This document shows positions 52,301-63,630 of a stretch of 64,000 nt of DNA, in pieces. This DNA comes from Camelus dromedarius (taxonomy: Eukaryota), in NCBI RefSeq assembly GCF_036321535.1, contig NC_087447.1, positions 35,714,001-35,778,000 on the forward strand, in the 5' to 3' direction. How positions within the stretch are numbered: the first letter of the stretch is position 1; each line of letters begins with the position of its first letter. Under the pieces are notes generated by a model. That model was not told the DNA's origin. It saw only the letters and a list, made by a program, of their open reading frames with translations, and made no database searches. The translations under genes and the position numbers were made by a program.

Positions 52301-53745
52301 TCAATACTGTGATCTTGCAAAAAGAAGTCTAAAGAAGAAAAACTGTAAGATTATCTCAATAGATGTGGAAAAAAGTATTTGACAAAATTCAGCATCTGCT
52401 CATGGTAATAAGAACTCTCAGCAAAGTACAAATAGAAGGGAAATTTTCTTAACCTGGCAAAGGACAGCTATAAAAAGTCTACAACTAAGTCCATGTTCAT
52501 AGTCAAAGACTGAATGCCTTCTCTCAAGATCAGATGAAAGACAAGAATGCTGGTTCTCAGTCCCTCTTATCATACATCATATTAGAGGTCCTAGCCAGAG
52601 CAATAGGCAAGAAAAATAAATAAAAAGCATACACATTGGAAAGGAAGAAATAAAACTGTCTCTATTTGGAGAAGATATGATTGTCCATGTAGAAAAACAA
52701 AAAATGTACAAAAAAATGAATCTCAACCCATACCTCATACCATTTATAAAAATTAACTTAAAGTGCAATACACGTAATCTGTTTGACACAATACCAAAAT
52801 CAAGATCCATAAAAGAAGAAATTGATAAATTGTACTCCATCAAAATTAATAACTTTTGCCCTTTGAAAAACACTTGTAGGTGAACAAAAAATATGCCACA
52901 GATGGGAGATAATATTTATATCTAATAAAAGGCTTGAATCCAAAATATACAAAGAATTCCCAAAGCTCAACAAAGCAGACAACATAATATTTTAAACATA
53001 CAAAAGATCTGAACAGACACTTCATCAGAGAGGATATATCATGGGCAATAAACCCATGAAAAGATGCTCAACATTATCAGTAATTAGGGAAATGCAAGTT
53101 ACACTAGAATGAGACCCTATTACATACCAATATGAATATCTAAAAAACAAAACAAACAACAACAACAACAAAAACCCTGATACTACAAAGTGCTGACAAG
53201 TGTATGAAACAACCGGAACTCTCATACACTGCTAGTAAGAATGCTACATGCCCACTTTGGAAGGCAATTTGGCAAGTTACCGTAAAGTTAAACATATCTT
53301 TACCATAAACTCAGCAATCTGCTCCTGGTAACTTCATCCATACACAACCTTTTCGTAAATGATGATAGCAGCTTTATCTGTTATTGCCCAAATCTGGAGA
53401 CAACTCAAATGTCTTTCAATTGGTAAATGGATAAACCAACAGGGGTACGTCCATAAAATGGAATGCTATTCAACAATAAAAATGAACAAACTACTGATAC
53501 ACGCACCAGCATGGGTGAATCTCACTCTATACTCTGATTCCATATGTTTAACATTCTGGAAAAGGCAAAGCTATAGGAACAGAAGGCAGTGGTTATCAGG
53601 AGGTGGGAGGAAGGCTTGACAACAAAATGGCATGGGGCAGTGTTTGATGCTTGATGGTGGTGGTGGTTACACAACTATTAAAACTTGCAGACCTGCACAC
53701 TAACAACGGTGAATTTTTCTATAGGTAAATTATTCTGTTCTTTTT
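49350..53745 (+). mobile_element. Old L1 in OTOG intron (antisense to the gene) with a nested insertion at 51113-52322
   Basis: A-rich L1 ORF2 and 3' motifs (aaggaattaaattagaaaccaataa, atctcaatagatgtggaaaaaagtatttgacaaaattca). Confidence 0.85.
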
Positions 53746-54045
53746 AATGGAAAAAAATTTAACCCAGGGAGTTTTATATTTAAGCCTCCATCTCATGGAA
53801 AACCCACTGCCCAGAGCTCCACTCCTGAGTCTCACAAGGTGTGGCCTCTGTGTTCAGTGTTCAAGGACAGATTCCAGTAAGAAGGCTGCAGGTCTTGGCT
53901 CAAGAATAGATGGGGAGAGTCAGGACTTTGGGACCTGAGGAAGTGAGTGAGCCCTGCTCACACACCTGTGGAAGAGCAAAGGCAGGGCCCTCGGAGAGGG
54001 TACCCCACACAGGGATGCACTGTGGTTGGGCACCGGCCTCCTTGA

Positions 54046-54413
54046 CAGAGGTGTGCATAATGTAGAGCTAATGAAGCTTAAATTCAGGGCTCCTCACTTA
54101 TACAGTCCCCTTCTTAGAAGGGCCCTAGTAATGTGTCCCATTGCCATATATTCTTGTAAAAATCGCAGACATAGGGTATTTTAACCACAATCATTTAAGA
54201 CTACTGTCTCTGACCATTTAACTTCTTCTCTGTTACAATATTCCTCCTGGAACATATCCTCCCCTGATGTTAGATTGGCCACAAATATTCTAATTAAAAT
54301 CAACTCCAAATATACCTAATTTTGCACTGTTTTTCTTTTAGAGGGTCCTTCCCCATCTTTACCTCAGTTGTGAATAAGCCTCAAAGCCCCTCCACCCCTG
54401 GACACGCCACCTG
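54046..54413 (+). mobile_element. Non-autonomous hAT-Tip100 element (Zaphod/MER115-like)
   Basis: gctaatgaagcttaaattcagggctcctcactt start and ctggacacgccacctg end resemble recalled termini. Confidence 0.6.
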
Positions 54414-54460
54414 GCCTGACTGCTCTTCTGTCCCAGGGGTCGGCTCTCTGATGCACTCAC

Positions 54461-54550
54461 CTTCCGTTTGAAGTGGTCAACGGTGACCTGATGGGTCAGG
54501 TGAGTCATGTTCAGCATCACCAGACAGAACGGGGGCCAGTTCAGGTGCCC
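54461..54550 (-). CDS. OTOG: OTOG exon, VWD4: [30 protein letters not shown]
   Basis: ctgcag/gtgagt boundaries, 90 nt. Confidence 0.92.
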
Positions 54551-55115
54551 CTGCAGAGAGAACCCAGCCCTCATCAACCCGGAGCCCAGTTCTGCTGCCT
54601 CCTCCTCCTGGGTGGAAACTCTCCCCTCAATCCTCCCTCAGTAGGCCAGGGGCACCCACTGGGGATGTGCAGATGGTGCACAGAAGCCCAGAGAACATTC
54701 CAGTTCCATCTGACCTCCTGCAAGCCCAGTCAAAAAAAAAAAAAAAAGCTGCCTCCTTCCACCTGGCTCCTGGGGGTATCCTAGTGGGTGATTCCCTACA
54801 GCTGTCACCCTTAACCACAGGCTACATCTTTGAGGTGGTATCTCAGTTCCTCTGCATTTCAGGGCCACCCACAGGGGCCTAGGCAGTGGAGATGAGCTGG
54901 AAATGGTGCAGGCCCTAGGATGGCTGGGGGTGGCGCTCCATTCACCCTTTCCCCAAACAGGATTCCAGGAGACCCCTGAGAGACCAAGGGGCCTCCACCT
55001 CTGTCCTAGCTTCTGATAATGCCTCAAAACCCAACTCACTGCTCAGTCTCCCTCCAAACCTAAACAGATCCCAAGGCCCCGGCAGGAAGGGAAGGGCTAG
55101 GGGGCGGGTAGTCAC

Positions 55116-55261
55116 CAGGTTGGCACTTTTGCAGTCAAGAACATGGACAGTGACCATTTCTTCAGGGCTCTGGCTAAGGATGTAGATGGCCTCCTTGAAC
55201 AGGGCTGCATGGCTCCCATCAAAGGTGACAAAGCTCAGATCAGGGAAGACTGAGCACCGGC
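55116..55261 (-). CDS. OTOG: OTOG exon, VWD4 start: [15 protein letters not shown]...CKSANL
   Basis: ctag/gtgact boundaries; TFDG VWD motif. Confidence 0.93.
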
Positions 55262-55532
55262 CTAGGGGAAGGCAGGGACAAAAAGAATAAACAGATGCAC
55301 CCGGGGCCAAGGCCTTTTCCTAGGTGATTCAGAGGCCATGGGGGCTACAGGGTCACTAAGAGATCAGAGGTCACAAGAGTAGGAAATCTACCAGGTCAGG
55401 GGTCACACTGGAGAGTGCTTTCACGTCAGGGTTAACTTGAGGCCACGGAGCACACAGGTAAGGGGTACAAGGTCACACTGGGGTAGGGGTACAAGGAAGA
55501 CATGGGAGGCATCACTGGACCCCAGGACTCAC

Positions 55533-55701
55533 AGGCACACTCCCAGAGCGGACAGCAGCGGTCCCCGCCCACCCTCACAGCAAGGCCCAGGACCCCACAG
55601 CGAGGAGGTGCAGCGCCCTGGGGACAGTGTTCTGACTGGTTCACTCGGATCAGCTGACCCTCCAGGCAGATGTGGCGGACGCAGTCCTGCTCGGCAATTG
55701 G
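55533..55701 (-). CDS. OTOG: OTOG exon: [16 protein letters not shown]...CCPLWECA
   Basis: ccag/gtgagt boundaries, inside ORF 55432..55800(-). Confidence 0.93.
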
Positions 55702-56481
55702 CTGGAGCACAGGGTGGAGGAACAGCCTGAGTGACCCCCTTGGGACCATACAAATCCTTACCCTTTTAGGTTCTAGCAGGCAGGGGACCCTGAGACACAA
55801 CTATGAGGGAATAGTGCCTTTACCCTCCCTCCGCCCACCCAACACACCATCAGGGGCTTGGGACTGGGCTAAGCATGAGAATGGGGTGAGAGGCCTGAGT
55901 CCCAGAGATGTCTGCATATCTGCCTGGCCTTGCAGAGAGCTCCGGGTACACAGACCTGATAGCTCAGACTCATAGAAACGCAAGCGCACCCACACATACA
56001 CACTCTTTATCTATTTCTTAGAGATGTGCAGATCTTGCAACACCATATATCACAGGCACGAGAACACACATACAGACAGACGAGTGCTCACGTGGAGTCC
56101 CATACATGTAAACACAAATGGGTTCACAAATGGGTATGCAGACACAGACATGCAATGTCCACACCTGCACACCATGCTGTCACACTCTGGATGTCACACC
56201 AAGCCATCCAATAGGTCCCTGGGCCCAGGATGGGGCATGGTGGGATCTGCTGTGGCATCAGGGGCCCGGAGGAGCCTGGAGGATTTTTCAGGCTCCAGAA
56301 GCTTGGGGAAAGGGTGAGGATGGTGACTAAACCACCATCTGGCAGCTGGGCAGCTGGATAAGAAGCTGTAGCCAGCCTTGAGGAAAGTGAGAGCATGATG
56401 GTGTCCAAGCCCTGGGGCACAGGAGGAGGGAAGGTATGGAGGGTCTACGTACAGGGGCAGAACTCTGACAAGTCAACTCAC

Positions 56482-58280
56482 AACACAGATGGCAGACGTA
56501 TTGGCTTCAGTGGTAGTTGCCAAGGCCTCAGATGAACCCTCCGAGATGCTCTGGGCCGGGGCTGAGCGCCCAAACTGCTTGGTGGTGGCCTCTCCCTCCG
56601 GCTCTGCTGGGGCCTGAGGTCCTGCCGAGGTGCCATGGGCCTCAACCAGCTGGGGAAGCAGAACCAGAGAGCTCTCTTGGGAGGCCGTCCTGGCCAAGAC
56701 TCGGCTGGGCGGATAGGACGTGGGCACTGGTGGTACTGTGCCAGCCCAGGGGCCCTCTAGCTCTGTCACCAAGGTAGCGAGAGTGTGGGCCACAGCGGGC
56801 GTGAGCTCTGTGGGGCCCCACTGGGCAGAGCCATATATCCAGGTGGGCAGAGACACTTGCTTGGACAGGATGGCCATCTTCTCTGTGGTGCTTTTTCGTG
56901 GGGCAACAGATACTGTGGGGGCCACTCCCTCAGCCACAGCCACAACCCCAGAGGCTGGCAGTGTGGCCCCCAGAAGTAGGCCTGGAGCTGTGCCTGTTGC
57001 CGTAGGGACCACATGACTGGGTGGGTGCACCTGGGCCACGACAGCCGGGGTGAGAGGCTGTGCTGGGCCAAGTGTTTGAGCAGGTGGAGTCGTGGCCATG
57101 GCGAGAGATGTGGCCTGTTGCTGGAGTGGGACAGTGATGGCAGGGCCCTTGGGGCTGGCTGTGGCCACTGGGGCAGACGTGCCCACCTTGGCCAGGGGCA
57201 GACTGGTATCACGAGGCACGCCAGAGAGGAGCTGGGGGGGCCGAGTTGACTCCAGAGATGGGAAGGGTGTGGCCCCGAGCCCATGAGCAGTTGTGGACAG
57301 GCTGGCAGCAACTGCGGTCCCCGAGGGCAGGGCCGGAGGCCTGGTGGCCATAGTGGTATGCTGGGCGGGGTGGGGCGGGGCAGTGGGGAATGGGCTTGGA
57401 AATGAGGGTGTTGGTGGGCCCATGGGCTGGCCAGGCCTAGGTGGGACCTTCTCTGTGGATGGCACCGTCTCCACTCTCTTGGTTGCCAGGGGACTGACAG
57501 GAATCTGTTCTGCTGCTGTTGTAGCCTCAGCTGGGGGGATGCTGGGACTGGGAACACTCTGGGCCTGTACTGGGTGGGGGATTCCTGTCCCATTCATGAC
57601 CTTCGTTATTGCAGGTGTCTGTGATGCTTCATGGGATCCTGAGGAAGTGGGAGGCCTAGAGGGCACTGCAGGGGAAGCCACAGGCCTGGAGGAGGGACTT
57701 GAAGGCAACTCCAGGCTCGGAAAGGGCTGGAGGGGTGTTGTCTTAACAGGCAAGAAGCCAAGGCCTAGGACTGTCACAGCTTTGGTCACGAGAGAGACGC
57801 GAGGTGCAGGGGGCGACAGGGAGGAGACTGTGATGTTGGGGCTCCCCGCAAAGATCAAAGTCACCCTGGTCGTCTCCATGGCACCCGACCCCATGCCAGA
57901 TGTGGGCATCTGCTGTGGAAGAGGGAAGGATGAGGGCTCTAGGGCACGGGGGCTGGCCAGGTGGCTGGCAGTCACTCCCTTGCTGGCTGGGGCTTCTGTG
58001 GGGTGGGCAGGGAGGTTAGATGTGGTCATCCCCAGTGGCTGCCGCAGCGTCGCCTGAGTGAGGCCTGGAGACAGCGTTGGCCCCTCAGTGGCTGCCTCCG
58101 GTGGGTTCAGGGCTGTGGTGGGTGAGGCAGCTGGTGTGAGCGCTGGCCTGTGGGATGGGGCACCGGGCGCTTCCTGTGGAAACTGTAGCTCCTTATCACT
58201 GGGAGTGGGCAGCTCTTGACTGGGAGGCAGAGTCTCATTGCCAAGGGCCTCTGTGGGAACCAAAACTGCAGGCTCCACAC
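56482..58280 (-). CDS. OTOG: OTOG large Thr/Ser/Pro-rich mucin-like exon (1799 nt)
   Basis: 606-aa ORF 56473..58293(-); cccag acceptor, gtgagt donor. Confidence 0.95.
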
Positions 58281-58793
58281 CTGGGGCAGACAAGAGAAGA
58301 GGTCAGTCAGTGGGGCAACTGCTGCCTTAGGGGGTCATCACTGGGCGGGGCTGTGGTGTGGGGCTCCCGGCCTGGCACCCTTGGTGAGGTGGGGTAGGCA
58401 GCTTCTGAGGCCCAGTTGGGCTGCCTGACCAACCCGGGGGCAGCTGCATGTGGTGTGGATGACTCGGAAGTCAGCAGTTCTGGACTCCACCCCACACCCC
58501 AAACCCTGAGCCCAGAGCCAAGAGACTTGACGTCTAAGTCTGGCTGCCCAGCATTCTCAGCACATGACTGCAAGCCAGTCCCTTCCCCACATGGGCCTCA
58601 CTTTTTCTCTCTGTGAAATGGGGAGAATGGACTAGGTGAGGTCCCTGCCTGCTCCATAGTGTTCTCCTTCCAGAGGCCCCTATGCTGACCCTCCTTCTCC
58701 AGGGACCTGGGGCTCTGGTGAGCATGACTGGCCAATGAGATCCGGGGGATTTACAGGACATCCAAGAAGGGATGAGAAGTCCAGGCCACTCAC

Positions 58794-58873
58794 AGTCCTC
58801 TAAGTAGACGCATCTCTGGGTGACTTCATCCAGGACCTTGGGGATAGGGCATGCAGGCACACAGCCTTCCACC
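58794..58873 (-). CDS. OTOG: OTOG exon: [26 protein letters not shown]
   Basis: ctcag/gtgagt boundaries; VWF-like VEGC...LDE...CV..EDC pattern. Confidence 0.93.
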
Positions 58874-58967
58874 CTGAGGACAGAGCAGGGAGCCAGTCAG
58901 CGGTCTGGAGCATGGAGAGAGTTACTTCTTCTCACCTGGACTGAGCACAGGCCTCATCCTTTCTTAT

Positions 58968-59605
58968 GACACACGTGTGTGTGTGCGCGCACGCGTGCAC
59001 ACTAATCACACATACACTCACATGAACCTCCACAGAGACACTGTGTTCAGGAGCACATCTGCACACATATGCATTCTGCACACTCCTGTCCCTCAGACTG
59101 AGAGGGGAAACACGAACAAGGTCTGGTTATGCACACACTCATGCACACACTCGCACATGCACACGAGTCTCCATTTAGGCACATTCTCACGTACCTCCTC
59201 CAAGCCAGCAGGACTTACATTCACACAGATACATATATGTCCACACAGACTACCAAAACATCAGTGTACACACCCTCACGCACACACACCCAGCTGCACC
59301 AACAGCCAAATACATGCAGCTCATATGCATGTACACACAAAGCTGTGTATATAGCTGTGCACCAACAGCTACCCATGTACACCCACATGAACACACACAG
59401 GGTTCAGCTACATGCACATATTCACAAACTGATATTCACATACGCCGATATCAGGCAGGTTCACCCGCAACCCCATAGCCAGTGCAGGAAACATACACAC
59501 ACAAGTACATGTGAATACACACAACATGGTCATGCCTGTGCCCACAGACTGCATACAAGCCCATTCACACAGCTGTATGCTCAAACACACTGGCATACAC
59601 AACAT
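58968..59605 (+). repeat. Degenerate (CA)n-rich low-complexity tract
   Basis: Seen directly; similar tracts at about 34995-35560 and 55980-56200. Confidence 0.85.
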
Positions 59606-59623
59606 GACTCCATGCCACCTCAC

Positions 59624-59741
59624 CTGGGCACGTCCTGGCAGCTGGCTGCCCGTGGGTCCCGGCAGGTTTGGAAGCAGGGGCTGGCACAGGCGTCATAGTG
59701 CCACTCAAAGGTGGAGTAGACAGCCCCAGAGGGCTTGGCAT
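59624..59741 (-). CDS. OTOG: OTOG exon, TIL-like: [39 protein letters not shown]
   Basis: tttccag acceptor, gtgagg donor, phases fit neighbours. Confidence 0.93.
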
Positions 59742-61652
59742 CTGGAAAGGCGACCCAACCCAGGGTCCCAAGACTGACTGAGACTGGGCACCAGCTCCTG
59801 GTCAGGTGCCAGAGCACACAGGTCATCCCAGCTCAGCCCATGCCCACCTTGCTCCGTGGAAGAGATATATAGACTCATGCAGTGAAGACAAATAAAATAA
59901 AATAAAAGCCAACCTGAAGGGAAACCATACTCCTGAGAGCTAGCATTCATGCCTGGGGGATCCTTGAGATGGGACTCTGGGAACTTGGTGGAGGGGCTGA
60001 AGACCATGGGGGGCTCTGGAGTGAGCAGTTGGAGTTGGGCTTTGAGGGGTGGCCAAAGAGAAGGCTGGGACCCCTGATCTTTCCATAAAGCTGGCTCACA
60101 TCACCCTGCCCCTCTGGGCCCTTGGTAGCCAGGCTTGCCCCCCTGAGACATTGGTGGCTAACAGTAATAACAACAGCCAACTCTTAAATAGCACCAAGCA
60201 TTACACTCAATACTTCACAAGTATTTACTCATTAATCCTCACAATAATCCTATGAAGGGACACTATTATTATCCCCATTTTATAGATGACAAAACTGAGC
60301 ACAGAAGATACTGGGAATTTTAAATTTTCCCAGAGATTTCCTTGAAAAAGGCCAGTTACCAGTGCCTTGACAAATGAAGGATTCTCAAGGAAAGTCTGGA
60401 GCTGATAGGGGGCTTCTAGGCAGACAAGACCCCAGACCACACTTGTTGGCACAAGTGACTGGCAGCCTGAGCTGGAAAGGAGGGGCAGCCCTGCCTGGGC
60501 AGCCCTGTCCTGACTCCCCAGTCCCCACACTGCGCTGACTGTGAAGAATCCTGCTTTTCTAAGATCCTGGAGACCAGAACTCAGAACTTACATCTGGGGA
60601 GCACCTACTATGAGCCAGGCCCAGAGCAAAGTCCGGGAGATACAATAAATTCTCACGACAACCTTCTGATCTCCCCACTGTACAGTTGAAGAAACAGAGT
60701 CGGGGTGGGGAGTCTCCTCCAAGTGCCAAGGACCAGGATCAAAGTTCAAACCCAAGGCTGTCTGGCTTCAAAGCCTGGGCTTATCTCACCCTGCCCAGTG
60801 TCTTCCAGCAAGGGACTCAAGTCCTGCCATCACAGCCAGTGATGGATCTGTCCTGGGCGGGGCTCACTGGTGGACTCCACAGATGACCCCTGAATTTAAG
60901 GATGAGCTGGCCTGGCCCTGGGCGGGGATGGGGGATGACAAATGACAGGCTGACTGGGGATATATTTACACATATGTGCATGGAAATGGATCCATTCATA
61001 CAGCACGGGTGCCCCCATCACAGGCGTGAACACACGTGTGCATGTGCAGGACAGGGAGGCCAATCTGGAGCAATGAATAAATTGTGATCCCTTTCTCCAG
61101 AGTTCAAGCAGAGAACTACTTTTGGGGCTGACCCACCTGTCAGGGGGATGGCAAAGCCCTGGAACCTGATGGACTTGGCTGGAGAGGGCATGAAGCTGCC
61201 CCATCACCACTCAGAGTCCTGGACCTCCCATAGGGGACAGGAGGGCTGTGGGTTCCACAGCTGGTGCCCCACGGGCCAGTTTTTGAGCTCACAGGGCAGG
61301 CATGTGCCCCCATCAGCAAGAAACCTGAGCCAGCAGGCTAGGCAAGCCGCGACCACGATGATCACTTTTCTCAGTTCCACAAAGGCTGCCCTATTTTTAG
61401 ACTGTGTAAATGGCCTGCGGGAGAGGCAGGACCCAGGAAGCTGGCTGGGCCCCAAGGCACACTGCCCATGGCTACATAGGCAACCAACACGGAGGCTGCG
61501 CCACCTCCCAACTCAGGGGTGGCACCCATGTGGCCTCTCTGTGATAGGAGAGTGAGGGCTCCAGCTGTTGGGGGCAACTGGAAGGGTAAGGTGGGAGAGG
61601 GCAGTTGAGTGAGGGGCTGAGATGACTGACGGCCGGCTGGGCAGACACCTAC

Positions 61653-61931
61653 CCAGGAGGCGGAAGAGCGAGCCCCGGCGGAACGCCTCCGTGTGCTCGT
61701 ACAGCCGCAGGGCCAGCACCGAGCCCGACACGGAAAGGAAGGCCCTGGGCTCCACCAGGGATTCCAGGGCCACCAGGCCCCCTCGCCACGTCCCCCGGTG
61801 CAGCAAGAAGGAGGCATGGTGGTGGAAGGCATCGCTGCCCTGCCACTTTGCCAGCTCCAGAGACCCGTTGGCCGTGACGTGGAGGAAGAAGTTGGGTCTG
61901 TCCGCTGCCTCCAGGGACACCATATCCGGGT
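61653..61931 (-). CDS. OTOG: OTOG exon, AbfB (arabinofuranosidase B/CBM42-like) domain: [18 protein letters not shown]...LFRLL
   Basis: tttgcag acceptor, gtaggt donor, inside ORF 61513..62280(-). Confidence 0.93.
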
Positions 61932-62183
61932 CTGCAAAGAGAGCGGGGGTAAGGTCAGCACAGAGAGGGGGGTCCAGACAGGCATGGGGCAGACCCCCAG
62001 GCACCAGGCTGCACTCACAGCGACTCAGGACTGGTCCTCCTCCTCCAGGCCTGCCGCACCCCTCCTCAGCCCACCTATCCCTGCCTGCAGGCCGCCCCTC
62101 TGCACACACAACCTCCACCCGAGGGAGGGAAGGCAGAGGGTTAAAGCCCCAACTACGGAGCCTCCGGGAGGAGACTGAACTAT

Positions 62184-62277
62184 TCCCTCCTTCTTTCTCT
62201 CCTTCCTTCATTCCTTCCTTCCTTTCTTCCTCCCTCTTTCCCTCTCTCCACCTTCCCTCCCTGCTTCCTCCCTCCTG
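62184..62277 (+). repeat. (CCTT/CCCT)n polypyrimidine tract
   Basis: Seen directly. Confidence 0.85.
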
Positions 62278-63461
62278 CAAACATTTCTGAGGACCCTCCG
62301 GGTACTGTGCTAGTGGCTGTCAGGGTTACAGCCGCTCTGTGGAGCTAGACACTAGACAAGGGCACTAGACAAGGGGTGGTTTGCTGATTTGCCAGGTTTC
62401 AGTTTTCTTGGTCCTGATCCTCACAGAATCCTGAAGAGTCAGAATTGGTGGATGTGGGGACATTGAGCCCAAGCCACGGAGGGGAAAACTGTCCCAGAGA
62501 TGGGAAGGGGCTTGCCCAGAGGCCCAGAGCTGGGCTCTGCTGTCTTCTCTTGTCTCCACAAGAGCCTGCTTCTAGAGAATGGGGCTTGCTGCTGCGTGGA
62601 TCCCCTCCAACAGGGTCCTGCAGGGTCAGTCCCCAAATCCAGAGCAGGTGTTCTAAGTCCCTGCCTGCCACGCTGGCTGTGCTGTGGGCAAGTGAATTAA
62701 CGCCTCTAGGCTGTGAGGGATGAACAGTGTGTGAAAGGCCCCCTCCCCTGTGTTCCCTAGAGGGACTGTGTAGCATTCCTGTTAGACCTCCCTGGGAAGC
62801 TGGGAGAAGATATGGGGTAACTGGAGGATGAATTCATTATTAATGTCAACAACAACTGTTATTTATCAAGGACTTAAACTCCATGCCAAGCAAGATGTTA
62901 AGTAGGCCCTCTACCTGCTGGTTTTATTAAATCCCAAGAAAGCCTTGTGAACTGTGAATTCATTCATTCGACAGCTAATGTTACTGAGGGCCCTCCATGT
63001 GCCAGGCACTGTTCTAGCCACTGGGTACACAACAGGGAACAAAAGGACAAAAACTCTGTCCTCATGGAGCTTACATTCAAGTGGCATGGGGGTGGTGCCA
63101 AACATAATGAACAAGCAAATTCCACAACAGGTTAGAAAGCAATGACATTGTTATCCCCATTTTACAGATGACATAAGTGAGGCCGAGAGTCACATGATGG
63201 TGGGTGTGGGAGGCAGGATTGGAGCCCAGGCTCTTAACCACTGCACAGCCAGCCCCAGGGAGTGGGCTCGGGGCAGACCAGAGGGGAAGAGCATTAAGTC
63301 CCTCGCTGGGTGACTCAGGCAAGTCACTTTCCACTTCCCACTTCCCTCTGGGTCTCAGCTTCCTCCTTTGTGAAGAATGGGGTTGGTCTAGATCAAGGTC
63401 TCAATCATTTGTCCTGAAGTCCTCTTAACAGGGGAGAGGCTGAAAGCCAGAACCTGAAGTA

Positions 63462-63630
63462 CAGTCATCCCTTGGTACCCACCGTGGGCGGATACCAAAT
63501 CCACGATGCTCAAGTCTTTTACATAAAATGGCCCAGTATAGCGGCTATCCATATCCATAGGTTTCACATCTGAAGTTCCACCCATGATTGGTTGAATGTG
63601 TGGATGTGGAACTGTGCATACAGAAGACTG
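63462..63630 (+). mobile_element. Short MER2/Tigger-like Tc1-mariner MITE
   Basis: cagtc...gactg terminal inverted ends, TA duplicated on both sides, gcggataccaaatccacgatgctcaagtc core. Confidence 0.8.

Larger units (their letters stand above)
30248..61931 (-). other. OTOG: Otogelin gene, 3' portion (24 coding exons plus about 1.3 kb 3'UTR); upstream exons lie beyond the window
   Basis: Exons join in frame (4895 nt = 2 nt + 1631 codons including stop). The peptide matches recalled otogelin domain order and ends ...[12 protein letters not shown]. Confidence 0.97.

Noticed and set aside
55225..55261. VWD4 lacks the GDPH autocleavage motif (reads FPDL)
   Set aside because: Matches what I recall for otogelin generally, so not lineage-specific
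57293..58057. 254-aa plus-strand ORF, and the alternative-frame 275-aa ORF at 56766..57593
   Set aside because: By-products of the stop-poor GC-rich mucin exon
59129..59698. 189-aa His/Thr-rich ORF
   Set aside because: Translation of (CA)n low-complexity DNA
61622..62290. 222-aa plus-strand ORF
   Set aside because: Antisense to the AbfB exon plus a polypyrimidine repeat
62350..62375. Short tandem duplication cactagacaaggg x2 (similar ggattcaaacaca x2 near 7417-7455)
   Set aside because: Ordinary slippage-scale duplications; not an array or CRISPR-like structure
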